A stretch of 64,000 nt of DNA from Chloroflexota bacterium. GTDB taxonomy: Bacteria; Chloroflexota; UBA11872; VXOZ01. A model generated the notes under the pieces. It saw only the letters and a program-made list of their open reading frames with translations. It made no database searches and had not been told where the DNA came from. Position numbers and translations under genes: made by a program. Shown piece by piece: positions 20,524-30,822 of the stretch (position 1 is its first letter; each line of letters starts with the position of its first letter). Location of the stretch: positions 2,144,001-2,208,000 of the forward strand of contig OY760183.1 of NCBI GenBank assembly GCA_963663275.1. The letters run 5' to 3'.

Positions 20524-21567
20524 ATGGCGGCGGATCTGCCGGAATTGCAGGTGGGAGTCGTCGGGCTGGGCGTCGGCAGAAGATTCGTCGAGGCGTTTGC
20601 CGCGCATCACCACACGAGCGTCACGGCCATTTGCGGTAAAGAGCCGGATGTTCTCGCCCCAGTTGGCAAAGAACACGCCGTGCCAAGAGTCTATACGGAA
20701 TTCGCGGACGTCGCCGCCGACCCGGACGTGGATCTTGTGGTGATTGCCACTCCCCACGCGCTCCACGCCGCCATGGCGGTGGAGGCCTTGCGCGCGGGCA
20801 AGCACGTGATCGTGGAAAAGCCGATGTGCGTTTCGCTCCAGCAGTGCGAAGCCATGATTCAGGCGGTCGAGGAATCCGGCAAGCTTTTGGCGGTCGATCA
20901 GGTGCTGCGCTTCTATCCCTATTACCAGTCCATCAAGGAACACGTGGCGAGCGGCGGCCTGGGCGAGGTCTACTACGCCGAGGCCGACTATCTGCATAAC
21001 ACGGCGCACCTCATTCGCGAGCGCACGGTATGGCGTGGTTCGGTCGAACACTCCCACTACCCCATTCTCGGCGGCGGATCGCATTCGCTGGACATGCTGC
21101 GCTGGCTGGTGGGCGAGGTCGACCGGGTGCATTGCGAGGCGGCGGGCCGCGCCCTGCCGGACTTCCCGTTCCCGGACTGCATGGTGGCGACCCTGCGCTT
21201 CGCGAACGGGGCGGTAGGGAAGTGCACGACCTCGTACGGCCTGGCGCGGGACACGATGCACAACCTGGTGCTGTTCGGCACCGAGGGCACGCTCGAGCGG
21301 GCGCGGGGCCGGCATGATCGGGACAAGCAGTTTCGGGCCGCGGCAGGGCACGCGTTCGCAGAAGAACAGTGGCCCGTGCCGTTTCAACCGCCGGGCGGCA
21401 AGCCGATCGCCGCCGTCGTCGATCACGTGTACCAATGCGTCGTGAATGGCGAAACCCCCCTCACCAACGTCTGGGAAGGCGCGAACACGGTGGCCGTCGC
21501 GCTGGCGGCGATTAAGTCCTGGCAGACCGGCAAGCCGGTGCGGCCCGCGCGTTTCACGCCGGCATGA
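20524..21567 (+). CDS. Gfo/Idh/MocA oxidoreductase
   Basis: VGVVGLGVG, ATPHALH, GKHVIVEKP, GSHSLD. Confidence 0.9.
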   Translation: MAADLPELQVGVVGLGVGRRFVEAFAAHHHTSVTAICGKEPDVLAPVGKEHAVPRVYTEFADVAADPDVDLVVIATPHALHAAMAVEALRAGKHVIVEKPMCVSLQQCEAMIQAVEESGKLLAVDQVLRFYPYYQSIKEHVASGGLGEVYYAEADYLHNTAHLIRERTVWRGSVEHSHYPILGGGSHSLDMLRWLVGEVDRVHCEAAGRALPDFPFPDCMVATLRFANGAVGKCTTSYGLARDTMHNLVLFGTEGTLERARGRHDRDKQFRAAAGHAFAEEQWPVPFQPPGGKPIAAVVDHVYQCVVNGETPLTNVWEGANTVAVALAAIKSWQTGKPVRPARFTPA

Positions 21568-22439
21568 TCTACGTCGCCGGTCAGGTCATCGGCAACTTCG
21601 TGTTTGCCATGTCTCTGCGCCAGGCGCGGAGCAGCGGCTACAACTACCTTGCCGTAGGCACGATCAACTACGCGATAGCGGCCGTGATTGCCGTAGTCTG
21701 GGCGGCATGGAGCGGCATCCCGGGTTTCAGCCTGCCCGTGGTGGTCCTGGGCGCAATCAACGGGCTTCAGTACCAGGTCAGCTTGGTCGTGCTCTTCTGG
21801 GTGGTGAAGCTGGTCGGCATTGGCATCACCTTCGGCATCGTGCGCCTCTCGATTGCCTTGCCGACGCTGGCTTCGATCTTCCTGTGGGGCGAGCAGCCGA
21901 CCGCGCTCCAGGTCGTAGGCATGTTGCTGGCGTTCGCCGCGCTGCCGCTTCTGGGCGCGGACGCCCATCAGGCGGCGCGCGACCGGCCCGGACGCTCGCT
22001 GCGCACCTGGGGCGTGCTGGTGGCGGTGCTTATTCTCTCCGGGGCCGGATTTACGGCGGCCAAGGCGTTTTCCGTGTGGAGCACGCCGGACTACCAGCCG
22101 CTCTACAACGCCTCCGTATTCGTGGCGGCTACTCTGTGCGCCGCCGTCATCTGGCCGCTGCGCACGCGCATTCGCCTGCCCGATTGGGGCGGCGTTTCGC
22201 TGCGGCGCAACATCGGCCTGGGCGTGGTGATGGGCGCGACCAACCTCTTTCAAATTGCCATGCTGTTGCGCGCGCTGGAGGTCTTGCCGGGCACGATCGT
22301 CTTTCCCTTGACGGCAACGGTAGGATTGGCGACGACGCTGCTGGGCGGCATGGTGCTCTTTGGCGAACGGTTCGGACGCATAACCGCAATCGGCATCGTC
22401 CTGGCGCTGTTCGCTATTGTGTTCATAAACATTCAATGA
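21564..22439 (+). CDS. DMT/EamA family transporter
   Basis: Ten predicted TM segments in two repeats, LWGE/LFGE motifs; ATGA overlap with upstream gene. Confidence 0.82.
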   Translation: MIYVAGQVIGNFVFAMSLRQARSSGYNYLAVGTINYAIAAVIAVVWAAWSGIPGFSLPVVVLGAINGLQYQVSLVVLFWVVKLVGIGITFGIVRLSIALPTLASIFLWGEQPTALQVVGMLLAFAALPLLGADAHQAARDRPGRSLRTWGVLVAVLILSGAGFTAAKAFSVWSTPDYQPLYNASVFVAATLCAAVIWPLRTRIRLPDWGGVSLRRNIGLGVVMGATNLFQIAMLLRALEVLPGTIVFPLTATVGLATTLLGGMVLFGERFGRITAIGIVLALFAIVFINIQ

Positions 22440-22455
22440 GAGTAAGGAGCGCGGC

Positions 22456-23229
22456 GTGCTTGGCGCGATTGCGGGCGACGTAATCGGCTCGGTTCACGAA
22501 TTCGTTGGGACGAAGACGAAGGACTTCCCGCTCCTTGACCCAAAGTGCTTCGTTACCGACGACTCGATTCTCACCCTGGCGCTGGCTGACGCGCTGCTGC
22601 ACGAGCTTGACTATGCGGTCACGCTCAAACGCTACTACCGGCGCTATCCCCACGCCAGTTACGGCGGTTCGTTCCACCAATGGGCGCAGTCGGAATCGTG
22701 GGCGCCGTACAATAGTTGGGGCAATGGCGCCGCCATGCGGGTGAGCCCGGCGGCGCACGCGGCGCAGAGCTTGGACGAGGCGCTGACGCTGGCCGAGCGC
22801 AGCGCCGCCGTTACCCACAATCATCCGGAAGGCATTCGCGGCGCGCAGGCCACCGCCGCCGCCATCTTCCTGGCCCGCGCCGGCCATGAGAAAGGCGAAA
22901 TCAAGCGGTTCGTGGAATCCTCGTTTGGGTACGACTTGCAAAGAACGCTCGACGAAATCCGCCCGACGTACTTCTTCGACGAGTCCTGCCAGGGCACGGT
23001 GCCGCAGGCGATTACGGCCTTCCTGGAGGCGGCGGACTTCGAAGACGCAATTCGCAACGCGATTTCGCTCGGCGGCGACGCCGACACCCTGGCCTGCATC
23101 ACGGGGTCTATCGCGGAACCCTACTTTGGCGGCGTGCCGCCGGACGTGCGCGAATTCGCTCTCCGGCGGTTGGATGAAGAACTGCTGACCGTCTTCACGG
23201 CGTTCGAGCGGCGCTTCATGAACCGCTGA
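22456..23229 (+). CDS. ADP-ribosylglycohydrolase (DraG/ARH family)
   Basis: GAIAGDVIGS, TDDS, SWGNGAAMRVSP, THNH, GGDADT. Confidence 0.92.
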   Translation: MLGAIAGDVIGSVHEFVGTKTKDFPLLDPKCFVTDDSILTLALADALLHELDYAVTLKRYYRRYPHASYGGSFHQWAQSESWAPYNSWGNGAAMRVSPAAHAAQSLDEALTLAERSAAVTHNHPEGIRGAQATAAAIFLARAGHEKGEIKRFVESSFGYDLQRTLDEIRPTYFFDESCQGTVPQAITAFLEAADFEDAIRNAISLGGDADTLACITGSIAEPYFGGVPPDVREFALRRLDEELLTVFTAFERRFMNR

Positions 23230-23346
23230 CGGCGCCGCGAGCCGTGCGCGGCGAGTGGGACGCAACGTTCCAGGCGAGCCGGAAGTGGCGTTCGTAGTGA
23301 GCCGGTCGAACCGCGCGTGGTGGGCCGGACAAGACAAAAACGGCGA

Positions 23347-24906
23347 CTACTGGAGTCCTTCTTGCGCGACGTCCGATGGTTCGGGGGTCTCCTCGGTCAA
23401 TGTGGGACCCACCAGCCAAAGCTCGCGCCAGGGGACGAACTTGCTCCAGAAAGCGTCGACGTGGGTCTCATCGCCAAACGCGACGCTTCTGCGGATTACC
23501 GTCTCGATGCCTGCCGCCGCCCACTCGATTTGCAGGCGCTCGCCGGCGGGCAGTGATGGATCGACCTTGTCCGGCAGGGGCGGTCCGGGCGCGACCGGGT
23601 TCTTCTCCACGACCGGCAGCATCTCCACGGCGCGATTGAGTTCTTTGCCGCGCAGCGTAAACGAGAGTTCCATTGCTTTCGTGTCAACGTGGGCCTGCAA
23701 CAGGATGGGATGCGCTGAATCGTTGACGAAGCGCAGATCAAGCCCCGGATTGTAAATGGTGGCGTCGAAGCCCGGCGGGCTGCCGTCCGACTCGTAGTAG
23801 CTTACCCGGTACAAGTGCTGGTGACGCTCCGTTATCGGCAATCCGGCCCAGAACGCGGCGCGGAATACGGTGGTAGAAACCTGGCACACGCCGCCGCCGA
23901 CGCCGCTGACGGTGCGATCAGCCCAGATGATGAGACTTTCCTCGTAGCCGGCTTCTTTCGTAATCGGGCCGAGCGCCTCCAGGAAGGAGAAGGTCGCGCC
24001 CGGTTCGATCACGTAACCGTGGAGTTTCGACGCCGCCAGGGCGATGTTGTGCACACGTTCGTCGGGCGAGCCGCTGAACACGGAAGCGCCTTCGGCAAAG
24101 AGATAGCCGAAGCGCAGCGACTCTTCATTCGAATCGGCATCGACCGGAGCGGGGCGTTCATTGCTCAGGTGCGGCAGTCGCGCCGCGGCCGGCACTAGGT
24201 CGAACTCCTTCAACAGGTCGCCGCCCAGGACGGACGTCACGTCGCCTCTCGCGGCAATCCCGGGCACGTCTTCCACCCAGTATTGAAGCGCCACGCGCTG
24301 GAAGCGCTGGCTGATGAACGCGCCAAACGCCTGCGGCTTCGACATGGGCAGGCCGTAGAGTTCGATGGCCGCGTCCTCGCCGCCCGCGCTGAGAAAGCGT
24401 CGTTTGATGGCGTCGTGCGTGAGCCAACCGAGGCGCGTTGCCTTGGCTTTGGCAAAGTCGCCCGCGGAGCCGTCGTCGGTGATCGGCTCGGGGATGCCGC
24501 GCGCCAGGAGCAGGTCGTCCAGACCGGCCTTTTCAAGTATCTCGAAGGTGTTGGCGAGGACTACTTTCCCAAGGACGGGATGATACTGGAGCAGCGCGCC
24601 CTGCGTAACCAGGTTGATGAGACCGGCCTGCTCGTAGCGGCGCGAGGCCGGATAGCCCAGCGTCCGCACGCCGCCCAGCCGGAGAAACGCGCTGTAGAAG
24701 GCTGTCCCCTCCGGCCCATTCCAAATTGAGAAGCCCAGGTTGCCCCGTCCGCCAAACCCGTTGGCCTGCTTGTAGAAGTGACCGCCGCTGATCGCTCGAT
24801 CGTGCGTATGGGTTGCGCTGAGTGGGAGAGCGGCAAACAGCAGATTGAGGACGAGGACCAGTGCCAGAGTAGCAGTTAGTCTGCCGAGGCGAAGACGCAC
24901 GGGCAT
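23347..24906 (-). CDS. Secreted VanW-domain protein with N-terminal surface domain
   Basis: Signal-like N-terminus, R.HNI.LAA, FSFLEALG, GGGVCQVSTT, DATIY; start uncertain (24906 or 24969). Confidence 0.85.
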   Translation of the reverse strand: MPVRLRLGRLTATLALVLVLNLLFAALPLSATHTHDRAISGGHFYKQANGFGGRGNLGFSIWNGPEGTAFYSAFLRLGGVRTLGYPASRRYEQAGLINLVTQGALLQYHPVLGKVVLANTFEILEKAGLDDLLLARGIPEPITDDGSAGDFAKAKATRLGWLTHDAIKRRFLSAGGEDAAIELYGLPMSKPQAFGAFISQRFQRVALQYWVEDVPGIAARGDVTSVLGGDLLKEFDLVPAAARLPHLSNERPAPVDADSNEESLRFGYLFAEGASVFSGSPDERVHNIALAASKLHGYVIEPGATFSFLEALGPITKEAGYEESLIIWADRTVSGVGGGVCQVSTTVFRAAFWAGLPITERHQHLYRVSYYESDGSPPGFDATIYNPGLDLRFVNDSAHPILLQAHVDTKAMELSFTLRGKELNRAVEMLPVVEKNPVAPGPPLPDKVDPSLPAGERLQIEWAAAGIETVIRRSVAFGDETHVDAFWSKFVPWRELWLVGPTLTEETPEPSDVAQEGLQ

Positions 24907-25127
24907 TTTCGTTAGTCCCGCTGGGATGGTCTTGGCAAGATAGCGCGGTGAACCGTTGCACTTAATCATACACTGTTACGGTGCGCTTGCAAAGTCAAGA
25001 CACGGGAAGGGAAGCCCGGCGCGCGAGAGGGTTCAAGTATGCGACGTGGAGAGAGTCGTCCTCGCCGGAACCCCTGTACGGCGCTACGATGAGAGGCCGA
25101 GCACTAGGTGAAGAACCTACTCCCAAG

Positions 25128-25445
25128 GGAGACCTTTGCATAACTCTGTCATTCCGGCGAAAGCCGGAATCCAGAGTGCTTTTGCAACTAAAGATAGCAT
25201 GAAGTCAATTCATTCCCCCCCCCCCCCCATCCCTACCTTCCCCCTCAATGGGCTGACACGGGTGTGTATTCTATGATCGACTTCACGTGTCATTCCGAAC
25301 GGAGCGCAGCGGAGTGAGGAATCTAATGCGCAGCCCCGCAAGTCAGCGTCTTAGATTCCGCGAACCCTGTTCGACGCTGCGCTCGGAATGACATTTACAT
25401 ACCCCTTTCAGCCCTCGATGGGGAAGGGGTTTTGCAAGGGTCTCC
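25128..25445. mobile_element. MITE with IS5/IS1106-like ends, carrying a nested element
   Basis: GGAGACCTTTGCATAAC ... GTTTTGCAAGGGTCTCC ends, flanking 3-bp duplication AAG/AAG; empty 142-bp relative at 56607-56748. Confidence 0.8.
25250..25414. mobile_element. Nested MITE (family unassigned)
   Basis: TIRs GGGCTGACACGGGTGTGTA / TACATACCCCTTTCAGCCC (16/19), near-duplication TCAAT/TCGAT; absent from the 56607 copy. Confidence 0.72.
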
Positions 25446-25489
25446 AAGGAAACGGGCGCCGCCGCCCGTGCAGCCCGACTCGGAGGCAG

Positions 25490-26323
25490 TTAGGCAAACC
25501 GCCAGAGTCGGAGCGCCGTCTTGCCGAGCACCCACTCGAGGTCCGCTTGGCTGAAGAACGGCATCTCGTCGCGGACGGCGGTGAGGCGCGGCAGGTAGCC
25601 GGCTTTGTCGAGCAGCATCGGCCAGTCCGTTCCCCACATGAGTCGCTGCGGGCCCCAGGCGTCCTTGGCCATGCGGAAGAAGGGATGCGTGTCGGCGTAG
25701 GGGTACGGCTCTTGGCTGTAGTGCAACATGCCGGAAACTTTGGCATAGGTGCGGGGGTGGTCCGCGAGCGTGAGCAAGCGGCTGAACGCGGGATACGGCG
25801 GCTGTTCGGCAACGTCGATGCGCCCCATGTGGTCGATCACCACGTCCACGTTGGGGAAGCGCCGCGCCATCTCATCGACCATGGGCGCGTGAGCCAGATC
25901 CATGAGGATGCAGACGGGAATGCCCAGGTCGGCGGCTCTCTGCCAGATGCGCTCGGTCAGCGGCGCTGTAAACCACTCCGCGCTGTCCGGACGCGCCGCG
26001 TGGAGCCGCACGCCGTGGAAGCCGCGCTCCTTAATCCAATAGGAAAGCTGCTCCGGCGCTTGCTCATCGAGCGGGTTCACCAGGCAGACGCCGGCAAGCC
26101 GCTCCGGATGGCGCGCGATGCAGTCAGCCAGGTAGCGGTTGTCCCATCCGTACGTGCTGGGCTGCACCAAGACTACGTGATCGACGCCGGCCGGCGTCGT
26201 TTCCGCCAGCAGCATCTCGGCGGTGGCGTCGGTGGTTGGCGCCGGCACGTCGGGCAGCGTGGGCGTAAACGGATATGCCGTGTCTTGCGTCCAGACGTGG
26301 ACGTGCGATTCGACAATTGGCAT
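25490..26323 (-). CDS. Amidohydrolase_2 family (sugar lactonase-like)
   Basis: SHVHVW, VLVQPS.YGWDN, IDHMG, WGTDWP. Confidence 0.88.
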   Translation of the reverse strand: MPIVESHVHVWTQDTAYPFTPTLPDVPAPTTDATAEMLLAETTPAGVDHVVLVQPSTYGWDNRYLADCIARHPERLAGVCLVNPLDEQAPEQLSYWIKERGFHGVRLHAARPDSAEWFTAPLTERIWQRAADLGIPVCILMDLAHAPMVDEMARRFPNVDVVIDHMGRIDVAEQPPYPAFSRLLTLADHPRTYAKVSGMLHYSQEPYPYADTHPFFRMAKDAWGPQRLMWGTDWPMLLDKAGYLPRLTAVRDEMPFFSQADLEWVLGKTALRLWRFA

Positions 26324-26377
26324 GGTCGTGCCCTTTAGCCCTGTTGTCCTCGCAACAACGCCTTGCTCTACCGCCTT

Positions 26378-26487
26378 ACCCTCACCCTAGCCCTCTCCCA
26401 CAGGAGAGGGGACAAGAGCGGACGAGAGAGTGCTTTTCTCTCCGGAAAACTCCCTCTCCCCAGGGAGAGGGCCGGGGTGAGGGGGTG
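26378..26487. repeat. Inverted pair of CCCTCACCC...CCCTCTCCC/GGGAGAGGG hairpin repeats
   Basis: Same family at ~34058-34185, ~50457-50487, ~55218/56500 and ~56582-56760. Confidence 0.75.
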
Positions 26488-26498
26488 CCTTTGCCGGT

Positions 26499-27527
26499 TC
26501 AGCCCATCAGCGGCAGCGCCACGGTGCGGCCCTCCGCGGCGGAGATGTCGGCGGCGAAACACGCTTCGTGCGTGTTGATGGAATCGAAGATGTCGGCGTA
26601 GGAGTCTTCATCGTTCAGGATGCAATCGACGATGTGGTCGATCTCGCCCTGGAACGGATGGTGCGCCACGTCGCCGGAATCCGGCGGCACCGTGGGAATG
26701 TCCATGAAGCCGGTCAAACCGGGAAAAGCCGTTGAGTAGATCTGGTTGTTGCGGGCCGTGCCGGCGTCGCCTTGCAGCGACATGTGGAAGACGTACGGCA
26801 TGTGGGCTTCCATAGTGGCCGTTACGCGGCCCACGACGCCGTCTTCCATCTGCAACACCGCCGCGCACGTGAGCGGAAAGTCGAAGCCCTTCTCTTCCAG
26901 GCGCACCGGTGTGGCATAGGCGGACACCGATTCAACGTTCTTGCCGGTGAGCCAGCGGATGCAGTCCATGGCGTGGCTGCCGCCGGAGAGCATGGCGCTG
27001 CCGACGTTCTTCTGGTAGCGCCCCCAGTGGCCCGGCGGACGCAGGTAGCCCACTTCGTGCATGTAGTCGGCTTCGGCATAGACGATGCGGCCAAAATCGC
27101 CGGCCTCGCGCCGGTGGTGGAGCGTCTGCACCAAGGGATTCCAGCGCAGGACGAAACTCACCACGCTCTTCACGCCGGCCTTCTTGACGGCGGTTACGAG
27201 CCGCTCTAACTGTTCAACGGAGATTGCGATCGGCTTCTCGATGACGAGATGCTTGTTCGCCTCGGCGGCCAACGCGCCCTGCTCGGCATGGGCGAAGTTG
27301 GGCGTGCAGATGGAGACGATGTCCACGTCGGGATCGGCGAGCATCCGCTCGTAGTCGGTATAGGGCTTGGCGTCCAGCTCGAACTCGTCGATCGCGCCCT
27401 GCGCGCGGGCCAGGTCGCGGCTGCAAACGGCGACCATGCGCGTGTGCGGATTGTTGTTGAAGGCGCGTATGTGCTCGCTGGCTACCCAGCCGGGTCCGAT
27501 CAAGCCAACACCCATCACGTCTGCCAT
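26499..27527 (-). CDS. Gfo/Idh/MocA oxidoreductase
   Basis: GLIGPG, ICTPNFAH, KHLVIEKP, GGSHAMD; GGAGG RBS before 27527. Confidence 0.9.
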   Translation of the reverse strand: MADVMGVGLIGPGWVASEHIRAFNNNPHTRMVAVCSRDLARAQGAIDEFELDAKPYTDYERMLADPDVDIVSICTPNFAHAEQGALAAEANKHLVIEKPIAISVEQLERLVTAVKKAGVKSVVSFVLRWNPLVQTLHHRREAGDFGRIVYAEADYMHEVGYLRPPGHWGRYQKNVGSAMLSGGSHAMDCIRWLTGKNVESVSAYATPVRLEEKGFDFPLTCAAVLQMEDGVVGRVTATMEAHMPYVFHMSLQGDAGTARNNQIYSTAFPGLTGFMDIPTVPPDSGDVAHHPFQGEIDHIVDCILNDEDSYADIFDSINTHEACFAADISAAEGRTVALPLMG

Positions 27528-27840
27528 GCCGTTACCTCCTCCGGACATGCGCGCGTCTCGCGTGACGCTCGGTTTGTTTCAATAAGATTCCTAACAGTTC
27601 CCGCATTGCCGACACTTGGGTTTGAGCCAACACTGCCTGCTCCTGGAAGCTGCCGGATACCCTTTCCCTTCGCCGGTAGGGGCGGTTCGCGAACCGCCCC
27701 TACGCCGCAATTGCCCTTGCCCGTTTGAAAAACGATAATGCCGATCACCCCATGCCTGCCGTTTCCGCGGCAGCGCTTGGCGCTAGAGTACGCTACACTA
27801 CGGCGCATTGCAAATGGGGCGGCGTTGCGGTGCGCAGCCG

Positions 27841-28956
27841 TTAGGAGTCTCGTTCCAAGACGAAGTCGGCCAGCGCGCGCAGCAGGCGGCGGTAGCCGCT
27901 CTCAGGAACGGCGTCCAGGTGAGCGTGCGCCTGGCCGATGTACGACTGCGCCAGCGAACGCGCGTAGGCGATGCCTCCCAGGTCTTGCAGCAGTTGCGTG
28001 GCGTCCGCCACCTGCGCGCCGGTTGCCGTGCGGTTGCCGAGCACGCTCAGGAGGCGGCGCCGCTGGTCTGGCGCGGCGCCGCGCAAGGCCGCCCAGACGA
28101 TGAGCGTGCGCTTGCCCTCGCGAATGTCCGCGCCCACCGGCTTGCCGGTGACCGCCGCGTCGCCGACCACGCCGAGCACGTCATCCTGTAGTTGGAAGGC
28201 AATGCCGCAGTTGCGGGCGAATGCAGCCAATGCCGCAACTTCCGGTTGCTCCGGCTGCCAGGCGTCGAGGCCGATGCACGCTCCGGCGGCGGCGGCAAAG
28301 GCGTAGAGGACGCCGGTCTTCTTCTCCATCATGTCGAGAATGTCGGCCTCGGCAAGCGCGCTCATCTCATGCGGATTCTTCACGGCAGCCAGGCTGAACT
28401 CCACGTCGAGGGCCTCACCGTCAACCAGTTGCGATTCCACGCTGCCAAAGAGTTCCGCGATGAGATGCAGCGCCAACGCGGGGTCGGCGCCCCGCCGCGT
28501 AGCCGTCTCCGTCAGCAGCGCCGCCGACCACCCTTGCTGCACGTCACCGGCCAACAGGGCTTGAGTCAGCCCATAGTGGGCGGCCGCTTCACCGGAAAGC
28601 CCCAGTTCGAGGCGCGCGCGCTCGCTGAAGGCCGCGTGCACGGTAGGCCGGCCCCGGCGCACGTCGTCCCGGTCGATGATGTCGTCGTGCACCAGCGTCC
28701 ACACGTGATAGAGTTCGACCGCGGCCGCGGCGGGAACGGCGCGCTCTTCATCGCCGCCGGTTGCGCCGCAGCAGAAAAGCAGGATGCTGGAGCGCAGGCC
28801 CTTGCCCGGGTGTTGGACGTAATTGGCAATCGCCTCGCCCAGGTGGAGCGAGCGGAGGGCATGGCGGCGCATGGCCGCTTGCAGGTAGTCGTAGACCCGT
28901 TCGCGGCGCGAGGCAAGCGCCGCAAGCAACGGAGCGCGCGCGTTCTCGGGGTTCAC
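27841..28956 (-). CDS. Polyprenyl diphosphate synthase (probably short-chain, GGPP-type)
   Basis: GKGLR, LVHDDIID..RRG with Trp at -5, KTG, FQLQDD. Confidence 0.9.
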   Translation of the reverse strand: MNPENARAPLLAALASRRERVYDYLQAAMRRHALRSLHLGEAIANYVQHPGKGLRSSILLFCCGATGGDEERAVPAAAAVELYHVWTLVHDDIIDRDDVRRGRPTVHAAFSERARLELGLSGEAAAHYGLTQALLAGDVQQGWSAALLTETATRRGADPALALHLIAELFGSVESQLVDGEALDVEFSLAAVKNPHEMSALAEADILDMMEKKTGVLYAFAAAAGACIGLDAWQPEQPEVAALAAFARNCGIAFQLQDDVLGVVGDAAVTGKPVGADIREGKRTLIVWAALRGAAPDQRRRLLSVLGNRTATGAQVADATQLLQDLGGIAYARSLAQSYIGQAHAHLDAVPESGYRRLLRALADFVLERDS

Positions 28957-29837
28957 GTCGCGGCATCCGTTTGGTCGAGATCGAGGCTGCGAAGGTAGTC
29001 CAGCAGCCCGGGACGCAGGTCCGGCCGCTTGAGCGCAAGGTCGATGGAGGCGCTCAGGTAGCCCACCTTATCGCCCATGTCGTAGCGCCTGCCGGTGAAC
29101 TCGCAGGAGTAGACCTGGCCTTCTTGCGCCAAAGCGTTGATGGCGTCGGTGATTTGGACTTCACCGCCCGCGCCGGCCGGCGTGCGGTCGATGTAGTCGA
29201 AGATTGCCGGTGTGAAAACGTAGCGCCCCACGATGGCGAGATTCGACGGCGCTGCGCTGGCGGGCGGCTTCTCGATGAGGCGGCTGAGCCGCCGCACGCC
29301 CGCCGCCACCGGCTCGCCTTCCACGATGCCGTAGCGATCCACGTGGGCGCGCGGCACGGGCATGACGGCCACGACCTCGCCGCCGTGGGTGTGATGCGCG
29401 TCGATAAGCTGGCGAATGGCCGGCGGGTCGCCGCCGATGACGTCGTCCGGTAGAAAGACGGCGAACGGCTCGTCGCCGACGACGCTGCGCGCCGCGCGCA
29501 CGGCGTCGCCGGTGCCCAGCGGCGCATGCTGGCGCACGCCGATGACGGCGCCCATCTCTTTGAGCGCCTGCAACTCAGCAAGTTCGGCGTGCTTGCCCCG
29601 GGCGGCCAGACTCTCTTCGAGACGATACGCCGTGTCGAAATAGTCTTCGATGGCCTGGTTGCCCGCGGACGTGACAAGGATGACCTGCTCGATGCCGGCG
29701 GCGACCGCCTCTTCCACCACGTAGTGGATTGCCGGTTTGTCGGCAAGCGGCAGCATCACTTTGGGAATCGACTTCGCGGCCGGCAGGGTGCGGGTACCCA
29801 ATCCGGCAACCAGAAAGACCCCTTTGCGGACGTTCAT
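28953..29837 (-). CDS. galU: UTP-glucose-1-phosphate uridylyltransferase
   Basis: AGLGTR.LPA.K..PK, PLGTGDAV, IEKP, GEVQITDAI; start trimmed to ATG at 29837. Confidence 0.9.
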   Translation of the reverse strand: MNVRKGVFLVAGLGTRTLPAAKSIPKVMLPLADKPAIHYVVEEAVAAGIEQVILVTSAGNQAIEDYFDTAYRLEESLAARGKHAELAELQALKEMGAVIGVRQHAPLGTGDAVRAARSVVGDEPFAVFLPDDVIGGDPPAIRQLIDAHHTHGGEVVAVMPVPRAHVDRYGIVEGEPVAAGVRRLSRLIEKPPASAAPSNLAIVGRYVFTPAIFDYIDRTPAGAGGEVQITDAINALAQEGQVYSCEFTGRRYDMGDKVGYLSASIDLALKRPDLRPGLLDYLRSLDLDQTDAAT

Positions 29838-30134
29838 ATCTCGTGCCTCGCGCGGAACGATGAATCGGTGATGAGCCTGTTGGCAACGGCCCTGCTCACC
29901 GGAAACTGCGCTCTGGCCGCGCGCCCGGCGGTGGCGCCTCTTTTTGCGGCGGGGACTGGCGTAACCCGGCCCGCGGCGAACGCCCGCGCCGCTACCAGTG
30001 GACGGCTCAATTTCACAGCGATTATACTTTTCCCAGGGAGCGCGTGACAAGAGAGACCCGCTGCCTACTTGTGCGGACAACGCACAAGGCCGCGGTTGTG
30101 GGTTGGTTTGTGCATTGAGGATTTTCACGCAGGC

Positions 30135-30719
30135 GTGGTGGAAACGGAACGTCTCTTTCTCGCAATCGAGCTGTCCGAGAGCGCCCGGAACGGCTTGACA
30201 GAGCGCGTGCGCGTGATGAGCGCCCGCGCCGCAAAGGTGCGCTGGACGCCGGTGGACAACATACACGTCACGCTCAAGTTCCTTGGCGAAACGCCGCCGG
30301 AACGAAAAGCGGCGGTCGTGGAAGCGATGGCGCGCGCGGCGGCCAACGCGCGTCCGTTCGAAGTTTCTATCGCCGGCGTGCGCATCATACGCAGGCGCGG
30401 TGCGCCGCGCATGGTCTGGGCAAACATAACGGACGCTCAGGATCAACTCCGGCAGTTGCACGACAGGACGGAACAATTGTTGGAGTGCAGCGGCTTTCCT
30501 CGCGAGGGGCGGTCGTTCTCGCCTCACGTCACCCTGGCGCGGGTGCGCGACGGCATCGCGCCGTGGGAGCGGCGCTTGCTGGACGAGTGGGCAAGCGCGC
30601 AGCGGAGTCTCGCGCCGATCGCCCTGGCGGTGGAGGACGTCGTCCTCATGAAGAGCGAACTGAAGCCGGGCGGCGCGCAGTATACGGTCTGCAACCGCTT
30701 TGCGCTGCAAGGGACGTGA
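30135..30719 (+). CDS. thpR: RNA 2',3'-cyclic phosphodiesterase (2H family)
   Basis: RLFLAI, two HVTL motifs. Confidence 0.9.
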   Translation: MVETERLFLAIELSESARNGLTERVRVMSARAAKVRWTPVDNIHVTLKFLGETPPERKAAVVEAMARAAANARPFEVSIAGVRIIRRRGAPRMVWANITDAQDQLRQLHDRTEQLLECSGFPREGRSFSPHVTLARVRDGIAPWERRLLDEWASAQRSLAPIALAVEDVVLMKSELKPGGAQYTVCNRFALQGT

Positions 30720-30822
30720 ACGCGGCAGGGCAGTACCGACTCTCTTCTCACATGTTGGATGATGGCGGCGGGTGACAGTCCGCCTGAGAACAAGAGAACG
30801 TAAGCGGTAGGGGAGCACGAAA

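Noticed and set aside
12713-24906. Antibiotic resistance cluster (AAC(3), VanZ, VanW)
   Set aside because: Scattered, host-like GC, broad families with no evidence of resistance function and no van ligase or regulators
25215-25228. Poly-C tract as a phase-variation switch
   Set aside because: Lies inside a non-coding MITE between genes, not in a CDS or evident promoter
28953-30818. 621-aa GalU with a long N-terminal domain
   Set aside because: The extension is antisense to thpR and reads as a GC-rich shadow frame; GalU motifs start at 29837
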